Below are positions 41,821 to 57,292 of a stretch of DNA of 64,000 nt, piece by piece (position 1 is the stretch's first letter; every line of letters starts with the position of its first letter). The translations under genes were made by a program, and so were the position numbers. Origin of the DNA: Eledone cirrhosa. Lineage: Eukaryota. The stretch spans positions 356,624,001 to 356,688,000 of the forward strand of contig OZ024740.1 in the NCBI GenBank assembly GCA_964016885.1. The letters are read 5' to 3'. The notes beneath the pieces were generated by a model that saw only the letters and a list, made by a program, of their open reading frames with translations, had not been told where the DNA came from and did not search any database.

Positions 41821-43830
41821 TCTTTGTATGTTAGTATACGCGTGTGTATGTGTGTGTGAATGTGTGTGTGGGTGGACCAGTATTTTTGTGATACTGGTAA
41901 AAATGGTGTACATTATTCGATATTTTCAGTAAAAACGATTCTCTTAATAGAACATCAAAAACCTTAATAATAAAAGGTGTTAAATGATCTATAGTATTGG
42001 CATAAGACCAAGGTGTGTGTGAGTGTCCAGACTGTACGTACTGCAAGGGGAATCCATTAGGCCTTGTCGTATTGGAATACTTGTGTACAAATATGTATGT
42101 GCCCATCAGTGTGCAATGCATGTGTGCGTATGTGTATGTGTGTGTGTCGGTACGTTTATATCTATAGACATCAAAAGGTATGCAAATTTGTGTATATTTG
42201 TGTTGCACCATAGAACATGTGTGTTTACGTATGTCATTGTGTTTATATGTGGATAGAGATGTATGTAGGATGTATGCTGATGTAGGTATGTATGTTGACG
42301 TGTGTATGTTGTGGGTTCGTCTTAGGGAGAAGTGTTTAGACGGGGTCCGTATTTGTTAATAAAGTGAGATTCCTTGCTGATGCGCTGGGTGTGGGTGGCA
42401 TTATCTTTAAATTTGTATAGGGGAAAGATTCTGAAGTTGGGATGATTTGGGGCGGCACAGGTATGAATTTGTTCACTCAGTGGTATCTTCCTGTATTCCC
42501 GTATTTTAATTTGGGATCTATGGACAGTCATGCGTTGGCGGAGGCTGTTTTTGGTCTGGCCGATGTATTGTTCTCGACAACCTGAGCAACTTAATACATA
42601 TATTAGATTTTCCGATGCGCATGTGAAATTGTGTTTTACTATAAAACGTTGTCCTTCTTTGAAATAGAATTCCGAACCCTCTATTAGGTTGATGCATATG
42701 CCACAGTTGGGTCTATCGCATTTTTTTTTTACTGTGGGTTTCGTTGTTGTGGTTGGCAGTACTTTGGCATGTGTTAGGATGTTTTTCATTGACTTAGATT
42801 GTCTTTTGCTCTTTAGGATATCATGTGTTCGTAGGATTTGGTTCATTCTATGGTCCATTTTTAACACAGGGATGTTCTGGAGGATGGTGTCAAAGGCCTC
42901 ATTGTTGAGGGGGTTGTGTGTGGAGATGTATGGAAGAGCTTTTAGTTTCGGTTGATTTACTTTAGGGTGTCTAAGGTCCTGGGTACTGAGTTTTAGGGCA
43001 CGTTGGATTCCATTGTCAATTAGTGATGCAGGGTAGTCCCTGCCCATGAGTGTGTCCTTTAGTTCTTGTAGCCGTAAGTAACAGGTGTTTTTATTGGAGA
43101 CTATAGTACAGATTCTCTTGGCTAAGTTGTAGGGATATTAATTTTAACGTGTCTAGGGTGGCAAGAGTTGAAAGGAAGATATTGCTTGGAGTCTGTGGGC
43201 TTGTAGTATATGTCTGTTTCTATTTATTTGTTATGAATCTTAATGAGGATGTCAAGGAAGGGGAGTTGTTGATGGCTGTATTCCATCGTGAAGTTAATAT
43301 TCGTGTTGAGCCCATTTATAAGGGTGTGAAATTCTTTAAGTTTCTCGATGTTTTCGTGCCAAAGGATGAAGCAGTCATCTAGATATCGCTTCCAGTTCCT
43401 TTCTATGTGTAAGTGGAGAGTGTTTCCAAATTTGTTTAGTACTTTAGTGTAGAGGGGGATTTCCAGGTATCCCATGACTAGGTTGGTATATGTGGGTGCT
43501 GTTTTCGTTCCCATAGCGGTCCCAGATTTCTGCCTGTAGGGTTTGTTATTGAAAACGAAGTAATTGTTCTCCAAGATAAATTTGAGTCCCTCTATCACGA
43601 ATTCTTTTTTGATGCGTTGTGGGAGTTCATTGTGGTAATTATCCAGCCAGAATTGGATAGCTTCTATTCCTAGGTTGTGGGGGATGTTGGAGTATAGGTT
43701 GACTACATCGAACGTCACTAGTAGGGTTTGTTCAGAAAGGGGCATATTAGGGAGGTGATTGAGCATATCTAGGTCGTCCCTTATATAGCTTTTGATGTGT
43801 TTGAGAAAAGGCTTGAGAAGGGTATCAATT
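41112..43830 (-). mobile_element. 5'-truncated Neptune-like Penelope element
   Basis: TFDVVNLYSNIP, GTAMGTKTAPTY, WKRYLDD, LPFLD, CDRPNCGIC, FTC..NLIY..C..C..YIGQT and R..H. Long 3' UTR ending in a pLTR with a hammerhead-like motif (about 41235-41270). (TA)n on both sides. Confidence 0.9.
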
Positions 43831-43919
43831 ATATATATATATAACTATGTATACATACTTATGTATACATACTTATATATATATATATATATATAAGTAT
43901 GTATACATACTTATAAATA

Positions 43920-43983
43920 TATACTTATATTTAAGTAACAGCCGTACTAAGAGTGGGAAATGAAATTTCGTTTCATTTTTTCC

Positions 43984-43988
<5 letters not shown>
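43920..43988 (+). repeat. Short 3'-terminal fragment of the 420-bp hammerhead repeat family
   Basis: TACTTATATTTAAGTAACAGCCGTACTAAGAGTGGGAAATGAAATTTCGTTTCATTTTTTCCGTTTA-(TA)n. Confidence 0.8.
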
Positions 43989-44043
<55 letters not shown>

Positions 44044-44047
<4 letters not shown>

Positions 44048-45590
44048 ATGTGAAGGCTGGATTTCAATAAACTCTTCTATTGTAGCATAATACGTATTTC
44101 TGTAGTCAATTAATTATGTCTTCAGACCATGGCGCATTAAAATAGCTGTCACAATCAAATGGTACAAACGTAATAGATATAGTTAATCAATCCGAAGTTA
44201 TTTTAATAAAACTATTAATAAGAATTGTTTCATATGTATGAGATGGTGGGAATTTATTTACAATTATTTTAATGAATTATTTTTTTTAATTTCATCTGGA
44301 TTCCGTATCGCGAGTTATGTAAGAAAGTTTTCTCCTACGTGTTCCTGTTGAAGATTCTGTTCTATTGGCCATTAGGGGTGTAAATCTTCTCTGTTGGTTA
44401 TTTTTATGTGACCCATTAATTCCTAACCTGTTCTTGATTCAGTATCTTAGGAGGGACTTTAATTACATTTTCAGTCTGGTTTACTTACTTCGTTTACGGT
44501 AGGGTGTTTATGCATATCTTCTGGGAATCTATCTTGCTGGTTTTGCTTAGGTTTCTTTGGATGATCTCGGCTTTTCTGTTTGCCATTTCAGTATGGTTAT
44601 GCTCTATAGGGGCATTGGATAATTTGAAGTTGCTACTATTTTTTCGCAGTTTTTCGGTAGTTTTACATTTGTTGTCGAGTTTAGATTATATGGATTCCTT
44701 AATTTAGTGGTTAATTCAGGCCTAAATATCCTCATACATTATACATAGTTATGTAAGTCCCGTACATTATAAATAATCAATATTTTATTTCTAAAACCGG
44801 ACATATGCCGTTGCAATAATGTGCATATTCACTGAAAATATTTCCGTTCACAAATAGTTTGAATATTCTCGAAGATACACTTTTCACTATCACATTTATG
44901 AAAGATGGTTGAAGTACTTGCTGATATGAATGAGGTTCTTATTACGTTTGTAAGTACGGTCTATATAGACTAGAGTGCATTTATAGGATTGCATCTGGGA
45001 GGTTAGCTTTTTTATAGCTATATTCGAACGTGTTTTATATCCAATTATATGTATTGTGAGGTATCTTTGATTTCTACGTTAGTGGACCAGTCAATTCCTT
45101 GATTTGTATTCCCCCAATTTCTCTACGTTTCATTGAACATTATTGAGGAAATGGTTGCAATTCCTCGTCTTTATCAAATATATGTAGCCGACGGTATTCA
45201 TTAGGTTGTTTTCACCTTTTTTCTATTCGTGTGTTGTCTGGTGGGTTTTATATGATTTGAATCCGTAATTTTCTCCAGGATTTGCTTCCCACTCTGTATT
45301 ATCACTTCTAGTTTTTTTTTTTATTGAAGCAAAATAATTTCTATCTAACAATTTGTATGAAATTATTTGTTTTTGGATTAAGCATTTCAAATATGTTTTT
45401 ATTTGGGGCTAGCCGCCGGATGTTCTTTTACTGAATTTCCCAGGTGATGTTTTTCCATCAATGTTGGTATGAATCTATCTGTCTCCGATAGAGAGAAGCA
45501 GGTGATTAGATTTCTAGATTTGAATTTCCTGTTTATATTATTGTTGGTGCATATATGTGAGAGTTCTTCAAGGAAAGGTAATTTCAAATT
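44044..45590 (-). mobile_element. Decayed, internally deleted Hydra-like PLE
   Basis: Minus-strand remnants ENYGFKSYK (about 45250-45275) and IKIIVNKFPPSHTYETILINSFIKITS (about 44190-44275). The terminus is shared with 40836-41034. Confidence 0.5.
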
Positions 45591-45594
45591 TAAC

Positions 45595-45842
45595 TATAAA
45601 TAAACAAAACTTTCAGATACTGTAAAGGAAGGTAACTATCAAAAAATAAATGAAATTAAAATTAGTTAGTCTGGTGTATACCATTGTCTCAGAATGAATT
45701 TCGCTTTGTGTGGAAATGGTATTGACCAGACTAACTAATTTTAGATTTCAAGAAATTTAATTCCTTTGCACAAGTTCCATACCTTTGTTTTTTTATACTT
45801 AACCCCCCACCCTACAGAATCTGAAAGTTTTGTTTATTTATA
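45595..45842. repeat. Imperfect fold-back / MITE-like element
   Basis: Outer arms TATAAATAAACAAAACTTTCAGATACTGTA / TACAGAATCTGAAAGTTTTGTTTATTTATA. Inner arms AAAATTAGTTAGTCTGGT / ACCAGACTAACTAATTTT. Confidence 0.7.
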
Positions 45843-47291
45843 CAAAGAGCATCGTCGACTTATTCGACAGAATATCGAAGGAAAAACATGACGGTTTCAT
45901 GGAACACTAGGTTACAGTGGTAGCAACATCATCTCAAAAGGGTAATACGAATGTTGTGGTGACGGAACAATTTACTAAATTTTGTTCCATTTTTAAGCGA
46001 AGTTTCTTTTCTTTCTATCCAGAAAACCAGACGATGATGACGACCACCAGCATCGATGACGTTATTTCTGTTTATATGGTCGCAGGTTTTGATCCTTGCT
46101 TCGCTGGACGGATTGTATGCATCGGTCGTAGGAAAAGATTCAATAGATTGCAGTATTGTGCCTGCTCTGCTAAGCACGTAACTCCGACTGGCAAATTGAG
46201 TAGTATACAAGTGATTATTCTCACATCGAATTTTACGAAACACACACTTTTGAAAACATACAGGTTAGTTTCCCAGTCTGAGGATGTTTTCTCACCCTCC
46301 TTTCCCCACCCGACTTCCCCAATGTTCTACCCTCCCTAACTAGACCATAACAAAGGGTGTACGTGGCGGCAACTTTTGTTTAAACAACCGCTGCCGTACA
46401 CCTAGAACATGGCAAATATTGTTAGCAGAATCTACCGATCACTAGCGTGCACAGCAATCAATTCGTGACCGGCTATGGTTCCTGAGATATTTAGATGTTT
46501 CCATTCAGAAGCAGCTTAGAACCAACGCACAATCCAGCTAGCACGCAAACCATGGCACTTATTCCATGATCCTTCTCATACTGAACGGGATAACTTCAGC
46601 CGAGTTGATGTTCTTAGTTGATATCAGTTTATTTGTTTTGATCTGACGGAAAGACGCTACCCATGGAATTCACAAATACTTTATCAGTTGCAATACAAGC
46701 AAGGTCAGGGGTATATTGTTATTTTGAAAAGATCCATTACCATCAATTCACTCTCTGTATTCATTTTGAAAGTCGATCTGACTAAGATTTTTCCATTCTT
46801 CGCAGTGTGTTATAACGTGAGACACCAACGGTATTGTGCAAAATACGAAGTACTCCTCACAACCTTACCGATTAACATAGTTACGGTCTAAACAACCATG
46901 CATCGATTGTGTGGCTGACAGGAAGCCAAGCGAATCACATCGCACATTTCGCACGAAATAACGAGCCAATGCCGTCATCTTTGAGCGAACGAGAACACAA
47001 TGGAAGTGGCCACTTTCATCTTCAGCAAGCAGGGTCAGATTAACCTTTTGAGCAACTAAGCATTTAAAAACCGACAGTGTCTACCATAAATAAACCTTCA
47101 AAACTAACTGGTGTGGGGAGAGGCGAAATATATTTAATTTGAATAAAATGGCTCCCCTCTACCTTTGATAACCTAAGCATGGGCCTGTGATGCTAATGAT
47201 AAGTACAACCTTACGGCACAGGCTACTCGACAAATGGTTACTTTTGCGGCAACATATTTTGTCTATCTACCTACCGTTACTACTAATCCAC

Positions 47292-47338
<47 letters not shown>

Positions 47339-48017
47339 GCACTCTCTCCCCCTCTCTTTCTTTTTCTCGTTCACACAACACATAATTTCGCTCGCTCTCT
47401 CTCTCTATTATATCACTTCACTCTCTCTGCCTCTGACTGTCTCTGTTTGTCTGACTCTCTGTCTGCCCCCCCCCCCTCTCTCTCTCTAACTCTACCTCTC
47501 TCTTTCACTAATTTAAATATTATTTCAGAATTCGTTTATATGCAGTTATTTCTTATTCAATTTCGAACAAATCAGAGTTGATGCTCATGATGTGCTGAAT
47601 AACTTTGACTGAAGGATAATGCAATTAGGTATTCATCAGTATTGAAATTGTGTGCATTCAACGAAATGTGCTATAACTATTATTGCATATATATTTATCA
47701 TTCTAAATTCACTAGATTATTCCGACGATTGCAATTTTACGTAGAACAGTTGTTTATAAGGTAAATGTGATGAAATGAAAAATGAGTAAACTCAAGCCTC
47801 AGATATGTTAGCAGATATGTTTAAATTGGGACTTGTTTCAAACATTAAATAAAAAATTGCTTGTTAACATTTCAATCTCAATATAAACGAAATTTTAAGA
47901 GCGAAGAATTCATTCAAAAAGAATGGTACGATATATATGTGTGTGTGTGTCAGTGTGTGTGTGTGTGTTTGTGTGTATATATACAGACACGTAGACACAC
48001 ACGTGTATGTATATCTT

Positions 48018-48058
<41 letters not shown>

Positions 48059-48089
48059 TTATACACACACGCATATACACACACACACG

Positions 48090-48120
<31 letters not shown>

Positions 48121-48123
<3 letters not shown>

Positions 48124-48318
48124 GGAACAAGTATGACTCCGACGGCAGGGCTCAAGCCGTTTCGACGGCTATTTCTGGACTGTCCAGAAATAGCCGTCGA
48201 AACAGCTTGAGCTCTGCCGTCGGGGTCATACTTGTTCCTATTACCCACTCTACTACCCTAAATATTGAGTATTTTGGTGCGTTATGGTCCATCTTATTCC
48301 TTACCACAATTCCTTCGT

Positions 48319-48320
<2 letters not shown>
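48121..48320. repeat. Near-perfect 120-bp palindrome plus an 80-bp tail between (TA)n tracts
   Basis: ATAGGAACAAGTATGAC..TTTCTGGAC-T-GTCCAGAAA..GTCATACTTGTTCCTAT. Confidence 0.85.
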
Positions 48321-48347
<27 letters not shown>

Positions 48348-48350
<3 letters not shown>

Positions 48351-49300
48351 ATTAGTATATCTACCAACATATGTATACAGATGTATACCCATGCCAGCAA
48401 ATATATATGTTATGTCTTAGTACCTTTGTGGTTCTATGCAGGGGGATGCAGAACAATTATATGAAAGACGTAAAATAAGAAAATTTTAAAAATTTAAAAT
48501 TAACTTACTTACTAAAATGTTCACTCCAACTAATTAGTTTCTGTAAGGGAATAAATATAGTTACGTAATATAACTATAGAGAAGTCCTTACATCATCAGG
48601 GAGTCTATTCTCAGCTAAGTTCCCAGGCAATGCGCGGACACTAGGAACCCATATAAAAATAATAATTCAGTGGATGGAATAAAGCTAGCGGGGACTAAAT
48701 TCCAGGGCACTGAAAAAATTCACTGCCTACTTGGTCAGTGGCAAATTCTAAAGAATCAATCACGTGACACTGGGGTTAATTATTGAGGAGTGGGGTGGTA
48801 TTATGACAAGAGCCTAACTAGTACCATGAACCATAGCAGTAAATTTTGGAAAGTTTCGCTCAACAAATAATTTGGAGATAAATATAGAGAATTAGTATAT
48901 CTACCAACATATGTATACAGATGTATACCCATGCTAGCAAATATATATGTGATGTCTTAGTACCTTTGTGGTTCTATGCAGGGGGATGCAGAACAATTAT
49001 ATGAAAGACGTAAAATAAGAACATTTTAAAAATTAAAAGTTAACTTACTTACTAAAATTTTCACTCCAACTAATTACTTTCTGTAAAGGAATAAATATAG
49101 TTACGTAATGTAACTATAGAAAAGTCCTTACGTCATCAGGGAGCTGAGAATAGACTCCCTGATGACGTAAGGACTTCTCTATAGTTACATTACGTAACTA
49201 TATTTATTCCCCTACAGAAACTAATTAGTTGCAGTGAACATTTTAGGAAGTAAGTTAATTTTTAATTTTTAAAATTTTCTTATTTTACGTCTTTCATATA
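48348..49300. repeat. 540-bp-period partial tandem repeat with an inverted terminal piece
   Basis: 48348-48603 is repeated at 48888-49143, and 49142-49300 is the reverse complement of about 48460-48617. Contains CTGATGA. Confidence 0.85.
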
Positions 49301-49321
49301 TATATATATATATATATATAT

Positions 49322-52616
<3,295 letters not shown>

Positions 52617-52620
<4 letters not shown>

Positions 52621-53257
52621 AAATGTGTGTAATCCTTGGTACAGTTAGGTATATTAAGACAGGGGGGAAGAAAAAATGGCTTCACTTGTGCTTTCAACAA
52701 ATTTATTTTCTTCACAAAATCCAAAAAGAATTTTTCTTAAAAAAAATTATTTTATAAATTAAGTTGTTGGTTGTTGGTTAGGTCTTAGGAGTTCTTGGTT
52801 AACGTAGGAGGTATTGTTTCGTTTTTAGAAAGACCTTTCACGCTGAGGTGCGCTTGTCAAACTGATGTGTATGTGGTGTGTTGTTCTATATATAGGGATT
52901 TAACATGTCTGTGGTGTGGTGGGGGTTTCTTTTCTCCCCCTTTACTAAGTGCATGGGTGTAGGTGTGTTGAAAAAGTGTTCATAGCAGTAATGAGTTGAG
53001 ACGGTGAGTGGGGTTGGGTGGGGAGAAATGTAGCAAGTGCGGCCTGCCCCGGTCATTCTCGAAAAATTCCTTTATTCAGAAGGTCTTTCTAAAAACGAAA
53101 CAATACCTCCTAGGTTAACCAAGAACTCCTAAGACCTAACCAACAACCAACAACTTAATTTATAAATAATTTTTTTTAAGAAAAATTCTTTTTGGATTTT
53201 GTGAAGAAAATAAATTTGTTGAAAGCACAAGTGAAGCCATTTTTTCTTCCCCCCTGT

Positions 53258-53260
<3 letters not shown>
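52617..53260. repeat. Fold-back insert (probable PLE terminus) between (TA)n tracts
   Basis: 52657-52837 is the reverse complement of 53080-53260. Confidence 0.75.
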
Positions 53261-53348
<88 letters not shown>

Positions 53349-53352
<4 letters not shown>

Positions 53353-55268
53353 GGAAAAAATGAAACCAGATTTCACTTCCCACTCTTAGTACGGCTGTTA
53401 CTTAAATATAAGTATCTACACGTACATACATATATGTATACAGACGTACCGTAGTATGTATGTATATATACATACATGCACACATATATATATGTACGTA
53501 TGGATTCACCGAACATTTATTATAATGCTCGGTGTGTTTGTAAACAAACATCCCGTATTAACCCGTAGTGTCTAGCAACCATCGTTGCTCGTTTGTTCAA
53601 CACTGACAAAGGAACGCTGTACTAGTTTCTAGCTTATTAGCTATTGTCAGCAACGTATACCTTCCTGCTAGATTGTTGAACGTATATAGTTACCTTATGC
53701 ATATTAACGGCTGAGTAGCCCAATTTGCATATCGAGTGGGTTAATCGGCCGGGTGCACCGAAAACGATAAACGGGAAAAATGAAACGAAGTTTCATTTCC
53801 CACTCTTATTACGGCTGTTACTTAAATATAAGTATGTACACGTACATACATATATGTATACAGGCGTACCGTAGTATGTATATATATATACATACATGCA
53901 CACATATATATGTACGTATGGATTCACCGAACATTTATTATAATGCTCGGTGTGTTTGTAAACAAACATCCCGTATTAAGCCGTAGTGTCTAGCAACCAT
54001 CGTTGCTCGTTTGTTCAACACTAACAAGTGGGAAATGAAATTTCGTTTCAAAATTTCGTTTCATTTTTTCCGTTTATCGTTTTCGGTGCACCCGGCCGAT
54101 TAACCAACTCGATATGCAAATTGGGCTACTCAGCCGTTAATATGCATAGGGTAAGTATATACGTTGATCAATCTGGCAGGAAGGTATACGTTGCTGACGA
54201 TAGCTAATAAGCTTGAAACTAGTACAGCGTTCCTTTGTCAGTGTTGAACAAACGAGCAACGATGGTTGCTAGACACTACGGCTTAATACGGGATGTTTGT
54301 TTACAAACACACCGAGCTTTATAATAAATGTTCGGTGAATCTATACGTACATATATATATGTGTGCATGTATGTATATATATATACATACTACTGTACGT
54401 CTGTATACATTTATGTATGTACGTGTACATACTTATATTTAAGTAACAGCCGTACTAAGAGTGGGAAATGAAATTTCGTTTCATTTTTTCAGTTTATCGT
54501 TTTCGGTGCACCCGGCCGATTAACCCACTCTATATGCAAATTGGGTTACTCAGCCGTTAATATGCATAAGGTAAGTATATACGTTCAACAATCTGGCAGG
54601 AAGGTATACGTTGCTGACGATAGCTAATAAGCTTGAAACTAGTACAGCGTTCCTTTGTCAGTGTTGAACAAACGAGCAACGATGGTTACTAGACACTACG
54701 GCTTAATACGGGATGTTTGTTTACAAACACACCGAGCATTATAATAAATGTTCGGTGAATCTATACGTACATATATATATGTGTGCATGTATGTATATAT
54801 ATATACATACTACTGTACGTCTGTATACATATATGTATGTACGTGTACATACTTATATTTAAGTAACAGCCGTACTAAGAGTGGGAAATGAAATTTCGTT
54901 TCATTTTTTCCGTTTATCGTTTTCGGTGCACCCAGCTGATTAACCCACTCGATATGCAAATTGGGCTACTCAGCCGTTAATATGCATAAGGTAAGTATAT
55001 ACGTTCAACAATCTGGCAGGAAGGTATACGTTGCTGACGATAGCTAATAAGCTTGAAACTAGTACAGCGTTCCTTTGTCAGTGTTGAACAAACGAGCAAC
55101 GATGGTTGCTAGACACTACGGCTTAATACGGGATGTTTGTTTACAAACACACCGAGCATTATAATAAATGTTCGGGGAATCCATACGTACATATATATAT
55201 GTGTGCATGTATGTGTATATACATACTACTGTACGTCTGTATACATATGTGTATGTACGTGTACATAC
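53349..55268. mobile_element. Non-coding 420-bp tandem array with one hammerhead per unit (about 1.6 minus-strand units, then 3 plus-strand units)
   Basis: Exact 420-bp period. ACGTTG CTGACGA TAGCT AATA AGCTT GAAA CTAG TA CAGCGT at 54188-54230, 54608-54650 and 55028-55070; minus copy at 53614-53656. Inversion junction near 54025. Confidence 0.9.
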
Positions 55269-55279
55269 GTATATATATA

Positions 55280-56388
55280 TATATATATATTTATATATAC
55301 GTGGAAAAGTAAGAAATCGGAGAACAGACCGTTAATACATGTTTATTTAAAACAGCACCTACGTACGTTTAGCCGAGTTGGGCTTGTCAAGGGCATAACT
55401 AACCAAAAGTGTTCCTTACATTGCTCGGAAAGTGTTTTGGGGTTTAAGTTCACGTCATAGTTCATCCTTCGCAAAAAAAGCGTGTTTTGATTTTGCAGTA
55501 AGTCAAGGGAGGTAACCATAGGTATAAATAAATCCTTAATAGGAACAATATAAATATATCCTTCTCTACTACACCTAACCTAACAGACATCATAGGAACA
55601 ACGAACCACAGTAAGATCACCAAGATACAGTACCTTCGCACAGACTCACCTACACCTGACAATAACTATATCGGCCTTAACAACTCCCGAGCAGCATCCA
55701 ATAGTGCTGGCAACGGCTTCTACAGACGCAACCAGCATAACCGCGACATGACTGGGGAACATGCAGGACATGATGTACGGAATAATAATCGTACCACCCC
55801 GCGCACTGTGGGTTGTAATGGTGCTAAAGACAGGTGCGGGAGCGTAGATAACAACGTAGATAGCAACAATGATAGCCTTCCCGTGGGAAGTGGAAGGAAC
55901 CGCGACAGAAATTGCAACTGCCGCGACAGGGGACGCTGCCCCCTTCTGCCTTTGTCACCCTTATTCCAGCCTTAAAGAATTAGCTTCTAAAGAATTTCCC
56001 TTTTTTTTAAACCATTGAACCCCACCCCTCCTGTCTTACAGGCATTGTTAGTCTAAGTGATAAACTAGGATTGGTATTCCAAACATGATTTTGTTTACAG
56101 TATTCTTCCTGCCTTTGTTAATATTATAGCTTTAAAGAATTAGCTTTTAATGAACACCCTTTTCTTTAAATCCTTCAACCAATGATCTCCACCCATCCCA
56201 ATCCCCACCAGAAAAGAAAATATATAAATACCACTACTTACTTGGACAGCCAGCTCCCTGATGATTTCTCACGAATGAAACAGTTCTAGTCCTGTAGAAG
56301 CTCTTCTATATTAAAACAGTTATACTCTGCTATGTATTGAGTACCTTACTTACTGTGGTTACCTCCGATTCAACCCGTAATAACTTAT
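55280..56388. mobile_element. Composite PLE remnant: minus-strand terminus, Hydra-like CNC linker fragment and plus-strand terminus
   Basis: RNCNCRDRGRCPL at about 55905-55945. Hammerhead-like motifs at 55355-55394 (-) and 56252-56302 (+). Confidence 0.55.
56252..56302 (+). ncRNA. Type I hammerhead ribozyme
   Basis: AGCTCC CTGATGA TTTC TCAC GAAT GAAA CAG TTCTAGTC CTG TA GAAGCT; true stem III, GUA triplet. Confidence 0.7.
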
Positions 56389-57158
56389 ATATATATATAT
56401 ATATATATAAACACGTAAACTTTAGCACAAGCACCGCAATATTCTGTGAGGAAATGTCGTTTTCCGCTTCAACAAAAGTATATTGCCATTTTTAGATATA
56501 CAGAGATAAATGTAGATTGAAGAGATATATAGGCAGCTCTACAGAATAAGAAACAAACAATATCTTATTCCTTGATGGAAACATGTTTTATTTACATTAA
56601 AGGTTCTCAACCCATTTTGGCCAAACGAAATCACAAAACGCCCCCTACCCTATTTTTCCATTTTTCAATATACTATTTATTTTGATATCAGTAGATTACT
56701 GGGCCAAATCAAGTTATCTTAGATTCTTTCAAAAATACTCGTACGAATTAAATACAAAAAAGTTTCAGTCCATAACAAAAGCAAGTTATTTCAAATTATA
56801 TATTTTTGAAATAAAAAAAAACATTTGATCTCAGTCGAAAAAGCTTTTTTTTTTTTAATTCTATATTTCACTGTTAGCTGTTGTAATATTTTGAGTGGAT
56901 AGACAATTCTACAATTGAAACTGCAAAGTCAAAATACAATAGATGCAAAATATGAAAAATGTCCTACCTTTCTCTGAAATCACAAACTCAGGGGGAAAAT
57001 AGTACCTTGCAAAATAGTATACCTATATACATACGTAAATGTATGTATGCATATATGTATGTATGTAGATATATATATATATGTAAGTATGTATGTATGT
57101 AGATTTATATGTATATATATACATATATATATATATATAAATATATGTATGTATGTAG

Positions 57159-57194
<36 letters not shown>

Positions 57195-57292
57195 AACTGG
57201 CAACCTTAGCGTCACTGAAGGACATCCCCCTACCTGATAAACGAGAATACACCAGTGATCTCATCAAGAGTACGGACTCCCTCATCCGTACG

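Noticed and set aside
45850-47050. Possible host exons or a mariner/Helitron relic (hairpin near 46355-46405)
   Set aside because: No recognisable protein motif, TIR pair or convincing splice pattern by eye.
53349-55268. Regular array resembling CRISPR or a satellite
   Set aside because: Units are near-identical over their whole 420 bp with no unique spacers or cas genes, and the context is eukaryotic.
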